Shown: in pieces, positions 13,601 to 26,319 of the stretch
Numbering within the stretch: position 1 is the first letter of the stretch
Layout of the letters: each line of letters begins with the position of its first letter
Assembly (NCBI GenBank): GCA_964035575.1
Contig: OZ037842.1
Coordinates: forward strand, 868,001-932,000
Direction of reading: 5' to 3'
Source: Rhynchopus sp. YZ270_cl-10
Lineage: Eukaryota
DNA length: 64,000 nt
Made by a program: the position numbers and the translations under genes
Notes under the pieces: generated by a model
Database searches by the model: none
What the model was told of the DNA's origin: nothing
The model's input: only the letters and a program-made list of their open reading frames with translations

Positions 13601-16600
13601 AAGCGCTGCCGTTGCCTCCTTGTGCTGGCTGTCCGCCTTGGTCCTCGATGCCTCAGACTCGGCACACATCGTCTTCGCAGACTCCAACTCTTGCACGGAC
13701 TGCTGCTTGTACTCAGTGTACTCGGCACGCATGGCCACCAACGCCTTCTGTGCAAGGCGCGACTCCTCCGCACCGCTTGTCTTTAATGTCAGCAATCCCT
13801 TCTTCGTGTCCTTCAGCTGTGCCTCCACTGCCGCTGTCTTCTGCTCCTCTTCAGTCAGCTTGCGTGCAGCCTCCGAAAGTTCTGCGTTGAGCTTCTCGAG
13901 CTTGACACTGTTGCTGACAATGCTGCACTTTGCGTCCTTGCTCTCCTTCTTGAAGGAGTCGACTATCGCACGCAGGGAAGAAACCTCCTTCTTGTGTGCT
14001 GCGTCCTTTTCAATAAGCTTAGCCTCGAGCTCTGCGATCTTGTCCTCCAGTGTTTTTGTGGAGAGGGCGTGTTTCAGCTCGATGTCTGTTTTCTCTTTCT
14101 TGAAGGTGTCGAGCACAGAGCGTATCGTGGCCACCTCCGTCTTGGCAGCGGCGCGTGACGAGGTAAGCTCTGCGGCCTTGGCGGACAGCTCCATCTCAAG
14201 GCCACGCACACGGCTCTTGTTCTCGGTCTCTGTGATGATCGATTTCTTGACAATCTTGTTAGCCTCCTCGAGGCTGTGTGCTGCCTCTGCATGGTTGCCT
14301 TCCGCAACATCGAGCTTGCGCTTTAGGGCAGTCACTTCCTCTGCTCCTTTGCTGGTGACGGAGGCCAGTTGGTCACGCAGGTCCTTGCCTTCCTGGACTG
14401 CCTTCGCCGTCTGTTCCTTCGCACTCTCGACCTGCCCCAGCACCTCGGAGACGTGACGTTCCTTCTCAGCAAGCTGCTTCGCAGATGTCTGCAGTGCACC
14501 CTCTGCCAGGTCGTGTGCGATCTTGACCTCCTCCAGCTCCTTGAGGGTCGTGTGCTGACGTGTCTGCAGACTCAGGATCTCGGTGTTCTGCTCGTCGATC
14601 TCGCAGTCCTTGTTCTCGAGGACTGCGTTCTTGTCGGAGAGGGCGAGCTCGAGTGCGGATGAGGAGTCCACCAGCGCATCGTTCTCCTCCTCTGCCTTCT
14701 CAAGGCTGGTGGTGAGCTCCTTCACCTCCTCGGTTGCGTCGTTGAGCTGCTGTGTTCTCTCCTGCAGCTGTTCGAGGAGGCCTGCCGTCTTGCTGTCCTT
14801 TTTGTCCTCCTTGTCCTTGTCCTTGTCTTTGTCCTTCAGCTTCTTAACAACCTTCTTCTCCTCCACCTTGTCGCCTTTGCTCGTCTTCGTAACGCGACTC
14901 TCCTTATCCATTCTGCTCTTCTCCTTCTGCAAGGTCACAAGCTCTTTCTTTAAATCCTTGATGAGGGTAAGACCATCGCGTTTCTTTGCAGGGGTTGTGA
15001 CAGTGGAGGGTGACGCTGGCGGACGCTTGTCACCTGCCTTCCCCTTGGGCGTGCAGAGGCCAGAGTTGAGGGGGGGCGCCTTGTTGTCGACCTCAAGCAG
15101 GCTCATCATCTTCGCGTACATCTCTTTGAGTGAGTCGTTCTCGCTCTGCAGGTTGATGAGCTCTGACTTGGTCTCGATCTTGGTCAGGTTGTTGGCAGAG
15201 CCTTTCTTTGTCATCTGCTTCTTCAGGTTTTCAACCTCTTCTGTGAGTTCACGGATCTTGCGGATGCTTGGGTCTTCGTTTTTGATGACAACGTTCACGA
15301 TTTCGCGTGCCCTGCTTGCATAGCGCAGTGTACTGACTGTCTCCTCGATGTTGCCAACATGCGGCGACACTGTTGCAATCATTGTTGTCTTCGAGTTGCC
15401 ACCCAAAGAGTCGCTCAGGATGAAGGTCAGTGTCGAGTCTCTGTATGGCACAGTGATCTTCTTGTCCACGTCGGGCTTGCTCAGCTGCGAGAGTGCGTCG
15501 ATGACACGTCCTAGTGTTGTGAGTGAGAGGTTGATGTTCTTCGCCTCAGTGAAGTTGATCCCCTCGACACCGCTCTTGGAGGTGACCTCGCTGCCTGCAA
15601 GGTCCACCAGGTTCAGCTTGCTGGTGCGCACATTAGTGTTCGTGCACAGCATAGACGACTCCTCCCGCCCAAGCATCTCAACAGACGTGAAGTTCAACGT
15701 AAAGATCGAGTGCGAACGTGACGACCCACTGTTCATCTTTGTCGCAGCAACATGCCGTGCCGCGTCACCCTGCCGCATCACATCCAAAGTGTGCTGAAGG
15801 CCGTTCAAAGGCGTCTGAATCAAGCCATCCACAAAAACACCTGAAGTAGGATGCTGGCGGACCTTCAGTGGAACATCTGTGCAGTGGATAATGATTTGAG
15901 ACATCGGCAAGACAAGGTGCATAATAAAGCCACTTTAAGAGGAAAACCATTAGTTACTACAGTGGTTAATGGGGAAGAAGAGCCCATATGCCAATATTAC
16001 CAACTTTGCAAACTTTGACAAATCATAATACTAAAAAAGCACAAAGCTGTGGTACACACCTGCAGCGGAGCCCTTTGCGAGCAAGTCGTGCACCTTCTCG
16101 TTGTAGACTTCGATGTAGCTGGCACAGACAGTGAAGGAGAAGGTTGGGTCCTTCTGCTTCATGAGCTCTATGCGGGTGAAGAGGTCTTCGCAGAGACGTG
16201 GTGTCATGCCACGCTCGTCCCTGACACCACGTGCACCCATCATGGTGTACGTCTTGCCGCTGCCGGTCTGCCCGTATGCAAAGAGGCAGTTGTTGAAGCC
16301 AGCAAAGGTGTTGTCAACAAGCGAGCTGCACAGTGTTGTGTAAGTGTGCTCTTGCGTCGCGAATGGGAGGGTGGGTGCATTCGTCTCCTTGTCGGTGTTG
16401 GCGGACCACAGCGCACCGTCAAATGCAAATGCTTTGTCAGGTTTGTACGACACCGGGTGCAGCACGGTGACACTCGTCTTGTCCATGTTGACAATACATT
16501 TTGGGTTCTGCTTCTTCCCATGCTTCGGGGACATGACAAGGCTGCGTGCGGTAGGGGTACGGTTGTTGTCCTCCTCTAGCTCTCTATCGTTGAATGGGCG

Positions 16601-16630
16601 CACCCGCACAAACACCAACACCGAAGACAT
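10688..16630 (-). CDS. Kinesin, N-terminal motor (kinesin-3-like motifs) with long coiled-coil tail; exons 16060..16630 and 10688..15876, ~1919 aa
   Basis: Motifs VFVRVRP, FAYGQTGSGKTYTM, SSRSHSIF, LVDLAGSE, VPYRDSTLT, SLGGNSKT; GT-AG intron 15877..16059 joins the exons in frame (SAA-DVP). Confidence 0.95.
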
Positions 16631-17575
16631 ATTGGTGTTTCCAGCCGAGGTATATATTCTGTAAGGGGTTTGGTCGAGGTGCAAAAGTGTGTACAATACT
16701 CAAATTGGCCCATTTCATTTTTGGTACATCCGTATTCAGATCCGGTAAAAAAGGGGGTTTAGGGAGGAAGAGAGGAATATGAACTGGCAAGCGACCACCC
16801 AACAACCATTTCCTTGTATTTTAGTAAAAAAAAAGCAGCACAGTGACGTTGGCACCATGCAAATGCCTTATGTAGACAGAGGCATGTACCACCACGGTGG
16901 GGAAGAAGGTTTCGATCACAATTCAAAAGTTGTCAACACTGCATATATCTTGACAGTGCTACCATTTTGAAGGACCACACAACCGGGGAACATTCCTTTG
17001 GTGAAGTGAGACCTGCCTGGATAGCTGAGTTACTCTGCAAATTCATGCAAATTCACACACAAATTCTCAGAGTTTCTTCCAGAGTAAAATACCCTTGCTA
17101 CACAGTGAATCTCAACAAATGGGGGTTGTAAGTAAAAAACATCTTTTGTGGACATAGACACACACTTCATTGATACACAGCAAAGGTTGTGTCTCTTTGT
17201 TGTTGTTCGTTTGTTGCATTGAAGCATCTACACCAATACCAGCCAATTTGTAGGGGGATGGTATCAGGTGACGGTGGTGGGTGGAAGTGGAAATATATTC
17301 AGAGGATACATCATGGGTGTTCCCTTTTGAGGGGTTTGCCGCGAAATGCAACGTGACCACCGAAAAAGGTTGTTCCAAGTAGAGTACCCCCTAAAAATAA
17401 TAATAACGTTGGAAAAAAGTACTCTTAAATCGCGTGTAATGATTATAAGAGTTCGCGCCGCACCCTGTCGGCTGCATTCCTGCGAAAAGTTAGGGTCAAA
17501 ACCCATGTTCGATGCCAATTTTGGGACAATAAAAAAAATTACACAACTAATTCCAGCAGGGTTCGATCCTCCGCC

Positions 17576-18419
17576 CAGGGCTTCCCACAGGGGGGACCAG
17601 GGGGGACCACTGGTCCCCCTGGGGAAAAAAGAAAAAAATAAGGGGGGACCAGGGGGGACCAGCCTGCCGTTGAGTGTTCCGAGGCTGCCTATTAGGAATT
17701 TTCCACATTTTTTTTAAACTTTTCCTACCCTCCCGTCGCCGCGCATCCAAATACAGGCAACTAACAGGGGGAAAAGATGGCACCAAAAAAGTCCTCCGGA
17801 CCAAGACAGATTTCCATAATGGAATTTGCAAAGCGACCGGCGGAGTCCCAAGTTATCTGCTCAGGCCTTATTTCGCCACGCTGCATGCTTCCTTTTCCTT
17901 CGGCGTTTGACCAATTGAGTCGCGTTCTGGCTGTGACGGGGTCACTTTGTTCATGAGGCATACTCGTGGTTCTTTGCAACCGCTATTTTCTGCCTCTTCG
18001 GGGCCAAGGAAAAAAGTAGCGTACCGTGCGCCTGCGGCGCAAGATTGCAAGCCACCCATGACATAGTTTGGCTGTAAAATAGTGCAATTTTAAGCACAAT
18101 ATTTTGAAATGCTGCGTACCGTGGCTTCGCCAACAACTTTCGTCCCCTACTAGGAAATGTCTGCAAAGGTGGGGAACGTGAGATGATATGCAATATGCGA
18201 GTGAATGCAGCAGTTTTAACGGTTTACCGGGACATTTTCGCCGGAGGCGAAAAAAAATATTTTTGACCGCTTAAAGTGCGTAGAGGCGCGTAACGTAATG
18301 TAGCGTCAGCGTTAGTACTACACACCACACACAACAAGGCGCGAAAAAAAATTTTTTTTCACCTTTTTTTGGCTGGTCCCCCTGGGAAGCCAAAACCCCA
18401 GATCCTGCGGGAAGCCCTG
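17576..18419. mobile_element. Non-autonomous TIR element with probable 6-bp TSD
   Basis: TIR CAGGGCTTCCC(A/G)CAGG; flanks TCCGCC / TCCGCA (5 of 6 match); GGGGGACCA subterminal repeats; terminus matches the 1408 element at 8 of 9 nt. Confidence 0.75.
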
Positions 18420-18704
18420 TCCGCAACAAAAAAAAAAAAAAAAAGCAGAATATTTCGTAATGAGGAGGATTTCTTTTTGGGGTATTCAGGAAATATAAAC
18501 AATATTTGTGAGGGGATTGCAGCTTCTTCAAGGCCAATGATCAGGCCAGTGCAAAACCAGGCGCCGCTCTCTTTTTCCATTCTTTCTGAGATTCCGAACA
18601 TTTCCCCCCCACGAAAACCTCCAAAAATTTCCTTCAAAAAAAAGCTCAAAAAACCCCACCTGGAGGATAAACCCTCCCTTAGGTGGAGGATCTTGAGTAC
18701 TGAA

Positions 18705-20354
18705 CTACAGCTTGCTCCCTGTCTGGAGACCCTGGGAGCTGTGGCTTAGTATGTTCAGTCTCTCGAGGTACATTGGGTCGCGGATGGCGGAGTAGCCAGG
18801 CGCGCTGCTTGCGATGAGGTGTTCCGCTGCTGCGAGTGTGACTCTGTCGCCGGTGGCCTTGTACTCCTGGGTGAGGAGGAGGTACTGCACAACGTTACGC
18901 AGCTCGTCGACAAGGGGGCGCATGCCCAGTGACGCAAGATCGTGCGAGAGTGTTAGAAGCTTCGTCCAGTCGCGCTCCACCTCGTCCAGCCTCGGGTGGC
19001 TTCCAAGGGTTCTCAAAAACTCGAACATCGGTTTGTGCAGGCCAAGGCGGTTGCAGTCCTTCAAAGCCTGTGCACAAAGCGTGTTGTGTGGGCCCTCCCA
19101 CTGCGCCAGCACAACAGAGTCACGCAGCAGACGTGGCAGAACGCTGAACTCCTCAATAGCACCGTTGCCACCCAGCACATCGATGGCTTCGTGTGTCATG
19201 CGCAGGCCGACGTCTGCCGTCCAGTACTTGTTGAGGTTGACAAGCATGCGCACAGCAGGTCCCTGCTCCGTGTTCTTGTCGTTGAAGTCCGCAAGGAAGA
19301 AGCACACTGCGCGTGCACCATGCGCCTCGCAGTTGAGCTGTGCGACAGACGCCTTCACGGCAGGGAAGTCGACCAGCCTTGTGCCGAATGCTTTTCTGTA
19401 GCATGCATACGCAGCAGCCTCGCGGTAGCACCTTTGGACGATGGCAGCACAGCTGACGGCGTTGTACAGCCTGCTGGTGTTGATCACGAGGCCGAGCGTC
19501 TTCTTGAAGTCTCCGGTGAGCTGGTGTGCGATGGTGCCGTGGAAGTCCAACTCACCGCTCGCCATTGTGCATGTACCCAGTTTGTACTTGAGGCGACGCA
19601 CACGGAAGTTGTTCACCTGGTTTTCAGAGATGTTGCGCGGGACAATGTACGTACGCAGGCCTCTCGTCCCTTCCTCGGCACCTTCGGGGCGTGCGACAAC
19701 AAGCCAGAGCTGTGCGTCCACTGCAGAGCAGAACCACTTCTCGCCTGTCAGCTCCCACATCCCGGGGTGCGTCGCGCTGGGCTTAGAGCTCAGGGTGTTG
19801 GCCCCAACGTCGCTTCCGCCCTGCACCTCTGAAAGGAACTGCGAGCCGTGGTAGTGCTTGTCATAGTCAGGGGAGAGCAGCTTGGCCAGCCACGCCTGCA
19901 CCTGCGGTGTCTGGGGCTCTGCCTGCAAGCTTTTGATGAGACCCGATGTGCAGGCAATGGGGCAGGAGTGTCCTGTCTCTCCGTTCTGCGCCATCAGGTA
20001 AAGCTGCACAAGGGACTCAAACTCGCGCCCCTTGTCAGCGTAGTTCGCCATGATGCCAGACCTGTAACACACCCGCCCAATCGCGTGGTACTCCTCGGGG
20101 AAGTTGATCTTCTCTATCTTGTTCCCAAAGCCGTCGTACGACTCAAGTCTGGGGTGTTTGTTCACGTGGTTCGTCTCACGCACCATGGTGTCCAACTCCT
20201 TTGCACATTTTTCACCAAATTGGGTCAAATCCTGGTTCAAGTTCGAGCGGCCATACAACTCCACAATCGACCGCATGTGGCGGTCATAAAACGTATCCTT
20301 CACTGCAGTGGCATACAGACGGAAAGAATCACGCGCAGCTTGTGCCACAGACAT
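18705..20354 (-). CDS. Acyl-CoA dehydrogenase, AidB-like, with C-terminal PTS1 (SKL)
   Basis: Motifs CPIACT, FLSEVQGGSDVG, LTGEKWFCS, RLKYKLG, LGGNGAIEE, RDSVVLAQWEGPHN; 549 aa; intronless; ends -SKL. Confidence 0.9.
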   Translation of the reverse strand: MSVAQAARDSFRLYATAVKDTFYDRHMRSIVELYGRSNLNQDLTQFGEKCAKELDTMVRETNHVNKHPRLESYDGFGNKIEKINFPEEYHAIGRVCYRSGIMANYADKGREFESLVQLYLMAQNGETGHSCPIACTSGLIKSLQAEPQTPQVQAWLAKLLSPDYDKHYHGSQFLSEVQGGSDVGANTLSSKPSATHPGMWELTGEKWFCSAVDAQLWLVVARPEGAEEGTRGLRTYIVPRNISENQVNNFRVRRLKYKLGTCTMASGELDFHGTIAHQLTGDFKKTLGLVINTSRLYNAVSCAAIVQRCYREAAAYACYRKAFGTRLVDFPAVKASVAQLNCEAHGARAVCFFLADFNDKNTEQGPAVRMLVNLNKYWTADVGLRMTHEAIDVLGGNGAIEEFSVLPRLLRDSVVLAQWEGPHNTLCAQALKDCNRLGLHKPMFEFLRTLGSHPRLDEVERDWTKLLTLSHDLASLGMRPLVDELRNVVQYLLLTQEYKATGDRVTLAAAEHLIASSAPGYSAIRDPMYLERLNILSHSSQGLQTGSKL

Positions 20355-21159
20355 TGTGTTTGTTTGTATCCGTCTCTGTTATGAGGGCCGTTTGGGTTGG
20401 GGCTGGGATGTTGTGTGGCGAAACGCTTAAACAAAGGGGGGCTTGCTTTTTTTTCCGTTTTGAGAACCACACCCTCATGAGAGAGCCAACATGACGGGGG
20501 CTAGAGGCTTTTGGGTTTTTTCTTCTTTTTTTTTTTTGCTATTTTCATTGTTGCTTTTCTGTTTTTTCTGAAAACTTGGTATTAGTGTAGACACCCGAGG
20601 ATGAGCTCCACTACAACTGTTTTCCCCCCTTCTTCGTCCGCTTTTTAATCTTGCTCTTCTGTAGCACCTCTTCCTGCGTTTTCTATGCATCAAAGAGAGA
20701 CGATTTCATGTGTTCAACAAAACTATTTTCTACGGTGTCTCAACATCTTCGATGCCTGCAATCTGTGGTATTGTGGTATTGTAATATTGATGACTACTTT
20801 GAAACTTGGTTAAGCGTAGATGCATTGAAGGGGTGTGCTCACACACAGTTTTATAGAGGCCAACATTGATATCATTTGAATAGCATTATTTCCTACAATT
20901 TCTGTGCCATATTTTCGACCGATTATATTTTTTACAATGATCTGATTTGCTCTCCATCTTTCAAATAACGCTGTTTTCGAGTTCCGCTTTTGCACACAAT
21001 CCGTCATCGGACTGTGGGAGCTATTTTTCTCGAATTTTAAGGTATTTTTAACAAAAATAGTACGTTATCACCCTGCTGGGATACTTGTACTGGAGTTGAC
21101 ATCCGAGGGATGTACTCCATCATTCGATTTCAAAAACAAAATATTGGAAAAGGCCTTCC

Positions 21160-23909
21160 TTATCGACGTCTCCTGGCGCATACCTTTTTCATTTCATCAC
21201 CCGTCAGGGTGTCGTTCTCGAGAAGGCCGCAGGCGATGCCGTTGAGGGACGCACGCTCCTTTATTATAAGGTCGTATGCATCAGCATACGCCTGATCCAC
21301 AAGCACCTTCACCTCGTGTTCAATCTGCGAGCGAGTCGAGTTAGACAGAAACATGCCATCCGGGTCGTCCGCGAATGAGTAATCTACTGTGCCCATCCCT
21401 GTCGACAGGCCGTACTTACGCACCATCGAGCGTGCCAGGCGGGTGGCCTGTTCAAGGTCGTTCGAGGCACCTGAGATACGATATATTACATAGAAGAGAG
21501 AGAGAGAAAATATGAGGTTAAAAAAAGAGGGTTTTCATTTCTGGAGGCTTTTCATTTTCTAAAAAAAAGATTGGGTCTTTTGTTTGTGCGCTCAAAGCCG
21601 GAAAACAAAAAGGTGAAAAAATTGTGTTAAACTGAAGTACTCAAAGAAACCAAGCGAGCTTCTGTCTTTTTCAATCCGTTTTGTTTGCCCTGCAGCGCTG
21701 CCTCCAATCTTGTTAGAATTGACAACAAGTTGTTTTATCAAAAAAATGTGTCACTTTTTTTTTGTGGGCTAAGTCAGGCCGATTACTACTGTCTACTCTG
21801 AATCAGTTTTGGTTTAGTGTGCCGCCCACTCAGAAATATAGTCTATGGAGATCTACACCAGACCCAAGCTTCCACACTCAGGGATAAAAATATGAGGAAA
21901 GTTTCAAATACAGTACATCACTGTCTTCAAAAACGCGATTCTAGACACAACATAATAAGGTATACCTGTGGTGACTTCCGTCTCCCCGAAGACAACCGAC
22001 TCTGCGATGCGCCCGCCCATGAGTACACGGAGGCGGGACTTCATCTGGGCAAGACTCATGCTTGTCTGGTCATCCTGCGGCAACTGCACAGTGACGCCGA
22101 GGGTCTGACCCCTGGGGAGGATGGTAGCCTTGTGCAGGGGCGGGGTGCCCTTAGAGTGGAGTGCAACGAGCGCGTGGCCTGCCTCGTGGTACGCAGTGTT
22201 CTTGCGCTCGTGCTCGGGAACGATGCGGCTCTTGTGCTGGATACCCATCAGCACTCTGTCCTTCGCCTCCTCCAAGCACGGCAGTGTCACAGTCTTCTGA
22301 CGCTTCTTCGCAGCGTTGAGGGTCGCAATGTTCACAATATTGGCCAACTCTGCACCAGTCATGCCTGATGTTCCCCGTGCAATAACCTGAAAAGTTGGGA
22401 AAGAAGGGTGAAAATATGTGGGGGGAAATACGGTAAAAAAAGTGAGGTTGAAAGTTACATAGTAAAAAAAATGTTGTTTCTGCCGAGAAGCGAATGAAAT
22501 GGTTTAAAATGATGGTTGCAGCAAATGAAATGGCCAGATCAGAGTCCTGCTCTTGAGTGTTTTATGGATAGTGAAGACTGAACCAACAGATTATCAAAAT
22601 AAAGAGGCACAGTCGAGTTTCGCATTTGGAGTTCAGTTTTTCTCTTGCGCGTCTGCATGCAAAGATGGCATACCGCAGCATCAACACTTTCATCAATCGC
22701 AACCTTTCCCATGTAGTGGTTTATGATCTGAGTGCGCCCCTTCAGATCCGGTGGGTCCACGGACACTGTCCTGTCGAGACGGCCTGGACGGGTAAGTGCC
22801 TTGTCCAGTGTCTTTGGGCTGTTTGTGGCCGCAATAACAACAACAGAGTCGGACGAGTTGAACCCATCCATCTCCGCAAGAAGCTGGTTGATCGTTGCAC
22901 GGTCGTGTGAGCCGTCCTGTGGTGGGTGGGTGGGGTGTGGCCACGAGGTGCAGGGTGTTATTCTGAAAACTATAAAACATGAAAATATGAAAACTTAAAT
23001 TGTATCAGATGAAGTGATGACGTGTCGTCACTGCCGCTCGCCACGCTTGAAGATTGCGAAAGTGTGCTACAGTACACACTGAGCGTCACTGAACATACCT
23101 GGGGCGAGCGCTCTCCTCCAACAGAGTCGATTTCGTCAATGAACAGCAGACAGGGTGCATGTGCCCGTGCAGATTCAAAGAGCTCGCGCACTCGCTTGCT
23201 TCCCACACCCACGTACACTTCTTCAAACTGACTTCCGCTGGCGTAGAAAAATGGGACATCAGCCTCTCGTGCAATGGCCTTTGCGAGCATGGTCTTCCCT
23301 GTCCCGGGCGGACCGACAAGAAGGTAACCCTTAGGGAGCTTTCCCCCAAGGCGGGTGAACTTCTCTGGCTTCTTCAGGAACTCTGTGACCTCGATGAGCT
23401 CAGACTTGGCCTCGTCGCAGCCGAGCACGTCGTCCCACCGCACGTCGTGTGCGGCCTGGCTCAGGTCCACGGGCTTCACTTTGTCATCACCCATGAAGCC
23501 TCCGAAGAGGGTGCTCACTGTGGATTTGTCCTTATCCTTGTCTTTGTCTTTGTCTTTGTCGTTCGGGTCAGAGCTGGCGGCAGCGATGTCCTTCTTGTCC
23601 TTCTTATCCTTCTTGTCCTCATGTCCGTGCACCCCCTCTTCTTCTTCTTCTTCTGAAGAAGAAGTGATAATCTCTATTGAAAAGTTCTGACTGAACAAAT
23701 AGTACAAAATGAAGACACTCTGGAAAAAGAGGAACACGTCCCACATCCGCTGTGAGCGTGGCACTTGCATGGAGATGACGACAGGGTTTCCCCAGGATCC
23801 GGTCCCTTTTTCCTGTGTGCTGGGCTCAGCCTGTGGGGGGTAGTAATGGCTGTAGGGGTGCTGCTGCTGCGGCTGGTATTGCTGTTGGTGTTGCTGCTGC
23901 GGTTGGTAT

Positions 23910-23941
<32 letters not shown>

Positions 23942-24103
23942 TTGCTGGTATTGTTGGTACTGCTGGTACTGCTGATATTGCTCCTGTGTGTACTGCGGCT
24001 GCGAAGGCGAGGTCTGCTGCCCCTGGCCGTAGCCTTGGTGGAAGCCTCGCCGACCTGACTTCAGCTGCGCCCGCGAGAGAGCAACACGCCATCCGTGTAT
24101 CAT
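21160..24103 (-). CDS. ftsH: ATP-dependent zinc metalloprotease, FtsH/Yme1 type; exons 23099..24103, 22674..22916, 21966..22386, 21160..21470, ~659 aa
   Basis: Walker A GPPGTGKT, Walker [34 protein letters not shown] zinc motif, GASNDL; three GT-AG introns all keep frame; Arg-rich N-terminus, polyQ tract, one TM segment. Start codon is inferred. Confidence 0.93.
21567..21750. repeat. Dispersed intronic repeat, copy 1 (last FtsH intron)
   Basis: Near-identical to 57226-57437 (TTTGTGCGCTCAAAGCCGGAAAACAAAAAG...GTTGTTTTATCAAAAAAATGT). Confidence 0.9.
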
Positions 24104-24189
24104 TTTTTCTTTCTGCCGAATCATTTTTTTTCCGTCCAACCTATGAACTTCTGCAGGGGGGGATAGTTGTGAATGGATAAACCCCATCT

Positions 24190-24792
24190 GGCAGAACACC
24201 ACCCCCAACCCAAAACTTGAAAAACAAATCACACATATCACTTGCACCCCACAACACCCCAGATACAACGAAAGGGAACGGATGGGACAAACGGGGGATG
24301 GGGGGTATCATATTCGCGATGAGCATCAACAAAGACGTTGGAAGCGGCGCCTCACCGAACAGGCGGAGGCAGGCATCAAACACCAAAAGGTCTGGAAGAT
24401 GAGCCCAAGCATAAGCCCAAGCCTCTGGTGCCTCATCACTGCAGCAAAGACCCCATCCCTCACTTCATCATCTCTGCAGACCACTCCTTCATGAGGCTCT
24501 GCAGCGCAGAGTAGTTGGGTGTGTCCTCAGCTCCTTCGGGGGAGAGAAGCGGCTTCACAACACTGTGCCAGAGACGGATGATCACGTCTATGGTTTCCTT
24601 GTCGGTCAGAGTTGCATCACGTTTGAGGACGGTCGATGCCTCGGACATTGCACGGATGTCAACCAGCGGGCGAAGGTTGAACCCCATTTGAACCACATCA
24701 ACGGGAAGTGCAGTGCCGGCCTGCCCCTTCTCGCAAATAGTGTTCATCATATCGAAAAAGTGCGCTACAGAGTCGCGCCCATAAAAGTCCAT
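24190..24792 (-). pseudogene. Coding-like segment broken across frames (degraded gene or unresolved splicing)
   Basis: 110-aa globular-looking ORF 24460..24792; protein-like text continues in other frames to ~24300; no family recognised. Confidence 0.3.
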
Positions 24793-26319
24793 GGTTATGG
24801 TTGCTGCCGGTATTCAAGCTCTGGGGGTGTATGGTGATGAGGTTGAAACAACACAAACCGCTTGAAAAATGCCTCTACCAGCAACCAGAACTAAGAGAAA
24901 TACGGGGACGACTTCTACAACACCTAAAGCAGGCTACCCAACCCACAGACAACCCCTCCTTCGATAGACCATGGTATTCTATACACCGCAAGCAATCCAG
25001 CAAAGGCCCCTCCCCTACCAAGCGTGCTGACAAAGCTGCAAAGCTATGAACACACAACACGACAACTTCTTATGAACGTTGCGTCTCATCCTCAATGGAA
25101 GAGCGTACGTTTATTGGTCAGTGCCACCCACCCACCCCGCAAAGATCCCCCAACCCGACCAGCCCGACCCACTTCAAGAAGGGGTAACCATGCTGCGTTC
25201 GGAAGAAACCTTTGCAGGAATCAGCACGCACAGCACACACCCATATTCTATCATTAGAGGAAACAGGGCCCTGGTATGTGATGATGTCACACCCTCCCAA
25301 ATGAGCCATTCCATGTCTATAGAGCATTTGACAGCAGCACTGCAGCATAGTACCATAGTACCATAGTGTGGCTGCTCTATGAGAATTACCCCCCAAAAAA
25401 AAAAGCTGGTTTCAAACACCAGGTTCAGGTCCTCCAGCGATCGCTTCCGGAACACAATGAATCATAAGCAAATGACGCGGTTTCTGCCCCCCTCCTCCTC
25501 CTCCCCCATTTCACAGAACTGAAGGTCCCTATGATGGGGCGTCATAACGTCCCACAAAGCACATTCAATCTCTTGAACGGCGAGTCTGCACCCCTCCCCA
25601 CCATACGGGCCACCACCCTTCCCCCCGATCCAGGTACCCCCCTCGAGAAGGGTGTCGATGGCAGCATTGTGCACCCCCAGGAGAAATACACCGACCACTG
25701 GAAGGAAACAGCGACGCTCGCAGAGGCAAACCAATTTACCGCAACCTACGAAGGCTGACTCCTCCGGTCAGCACGTCAGCACGCTCCTTTGGCATCGTGA
25801 CGAAATCTGGCAAAGCAGAAAACGGCAACATAGGCCGCAGTGTGGTGCACCTGAAGTCGCTTGGATGGATGATATCGTAACTGCGCAATGATCAGGTCAG
25901 CCCTCTCCTTGGACAAGTGCAAAACTTACACCATAGTGCATATCATTGTCTTGAGGAAACTCAAAAGACGTCCAAAAAAAGGTTTAGACAAGATAAACCA
26001 ATAAATCTCGTGCTTAGTCAGCTTAGGAAAAAAACAGAGAAATGTTGGTAAGATGAACCCAAATCATGTGATGCTTGACAGAACAAACGCTCCGGGAAGT
26101 CCCTACAACCCAACATACTAAAAACCGAACAAAACACCCAACTGAATTATGAAAGCTTAAAACGGAGTGGGGGTGGATCTCTTTTATTTTGCAAACTAAC
26201 TCTAGACGTTTTTGGGGATCATTTCTAATGAGGGTAAACACACATCTAATGGGGATTGGGTAAACTAGGACACCACTTTTTTTTTCCCAAACTCTACTTC
26301 TTCTTTCATCCCACTGCTT

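Noticed and set aside
12399..14456. 685-aa plus-strand ORF (also 47099..48379 and similar)
   Set aside because: Antisense shadows of GC-rich minus-strand genes; no recognisable domain of their own.
21160..24268. FtsH split into four ORFs (pseudogene, frameshifting or non-canonical introns?)
   Set aside because: Three ordinary GT-AG introns rebuild a continuous 659-aa protein. The kinesin, exportin and SPRY genes resolve the same way, so no non-canonical introns are needed.
24430..24475. Possible TGA recoding in the broken 24190-24792 segment
   Set aside because: TGA terminates clear genes here (33452, 47183, 26320) and I saw none inside conserved domains.
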